Shown in pieces: positions 63,377 to 64,000 of a stretch of 64,000 nucleotides of DNA. Each line of letters begins with the position of its first letter. The stretch's first letter is position 1. The position numbers and the translations under genes were made by a program. The DNA is taken from the NCBI GenBank assembly GCA_965197925.1, contig CBDAOC010000020.1, positions 32,001 through 96,000 of the forward strand. The letters run 5' to 3'. The notes below the pieces were generated by a model, which saw only the letters and a program-made list of their open reading frames with translations, did not search any database and was not told where the DNA came from. Source of the stretch: Nitrososphaerales archaeon. GTDB taxonomy: Archaea > Thermoproteota > Nitrososphaeria > Nitrososphaerales > UBA213.

Positions 63377-64000
63377 ATGGAAGATACTGACTTTAGACAC
63401 TCCTTCACGGGTAAGAAGATACCTCATGCTAGAATTGATCAAGACATGAATATTTCTCAATTGATTGAACTATATGCTTCTGCGGGATATAATGCGAGAA
63501 AGCTTGGCGAAGCTGCAGAATTGTTTTATAGAATGATTGATGATGATGCTACTATTTGCCTTACTATTTCAGGAGCGATAACACCTATAGGCTACGGCGG
63601 TTTGGTAAAAGAATTAATTGAAACAGGATTTGTAGATTGGATAATTTCTACGGGTGCTAATATCTATCATGAAGATCATTTTGCATGGGATCTTCCAATA
63701 AGACAGGGACATCACGAAGTGGATGATGATGTTTTGTATAACAAGGACATTGTAAGAATTTATGATGTGTTTATTAAAGGAGAAGGTACGTTACAGGAAC
63801 AAGACAAAGTATTGCAGAGCGCATTCAGGAATGAACTACAAGGCAAAAGCTTTACAACTGCGGAATTTTCACGTTTAATGGGTAAACAATCTAAGAAATC
63901 CAAATACCCTGAAAATTCGTTCCTCGCAGCTGCCTATGACTACGATGTACCTGTGTATGTATCAACTTTAAAGGACTCATCTCTTGCGTTAGATCTCATG
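63377..64000 (+). CDS. Second deoxyhypusine-synthase-like protein (partial, runs off the window end)
   Basis: Translated by hand: 'GYNARKLGEAAELF...CLTISGAITPIG...VDWIISTGANIYHEDHFA'. Confidence 0.85.
   Translation, partial: MEDTDFRHSFTGKKIPHARIDQDMNISQLIELYASAGYNARKLGEAAELFYRMIDDDATICLTISGAITPIGYGGLVKELIETGFVDWIISTGANIYHEDHFAWDLPIRQGHHEVDDDVLYNKDIVRIYDVFIKGEGTLQEQDKVLQSAFRNELQGKSFTTAEFSRLMGKQSKKSKYPENSFLAAAYDYDVPVYVSTLKDSSLALDLM

Overview
Chromosomal window from a Nitrososphaerota (Thaumarchaeota) archaeon, inferred from unsplit RpoA, unsplit RpoB, a PEFG-CTERM protein and PolB1. Bases ~1-22,300 are a mosaic mobile/defence island. It holds the right end of an integrated element (toxin-antitoxin pair, HNH, divergent RHH-type regulators, HTH-tyrosine recombinase), several decayed IS elements and four copies of a ~140-bp MITE. 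It also holds an orphan cas4-cas1-cas2 module with no array, an HD phosphohydrolase, a decayed Dcm-Vsr-GHKL/REase locus and a TPR gene with identical 102-bp repeats. The most striking structure is 5395-10419: it is bounded by the 8-bp direct repeat TCTAGAAG and carries the two halves of one YwgA/Panacea-like gene in permuted order at its two ends. Joining the ends restores the reading frame and creates a perfect 16-bp palindrome, so it looks like an integrated ~5.0-kb circle. Bases ~22,500-64,000 are mostly core genes (rpoH/B/A, smc, aspS, GINS, Hef-like helicase, polB, two deoxyhypusine-synthase paralogues). They include a truncated CysRS paralogue with an altered metal site coupled to a GNAT gene. 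No tRNA, rRNA or CRISPR array was seen. All calls come from motif recognition only; no database searches were run.
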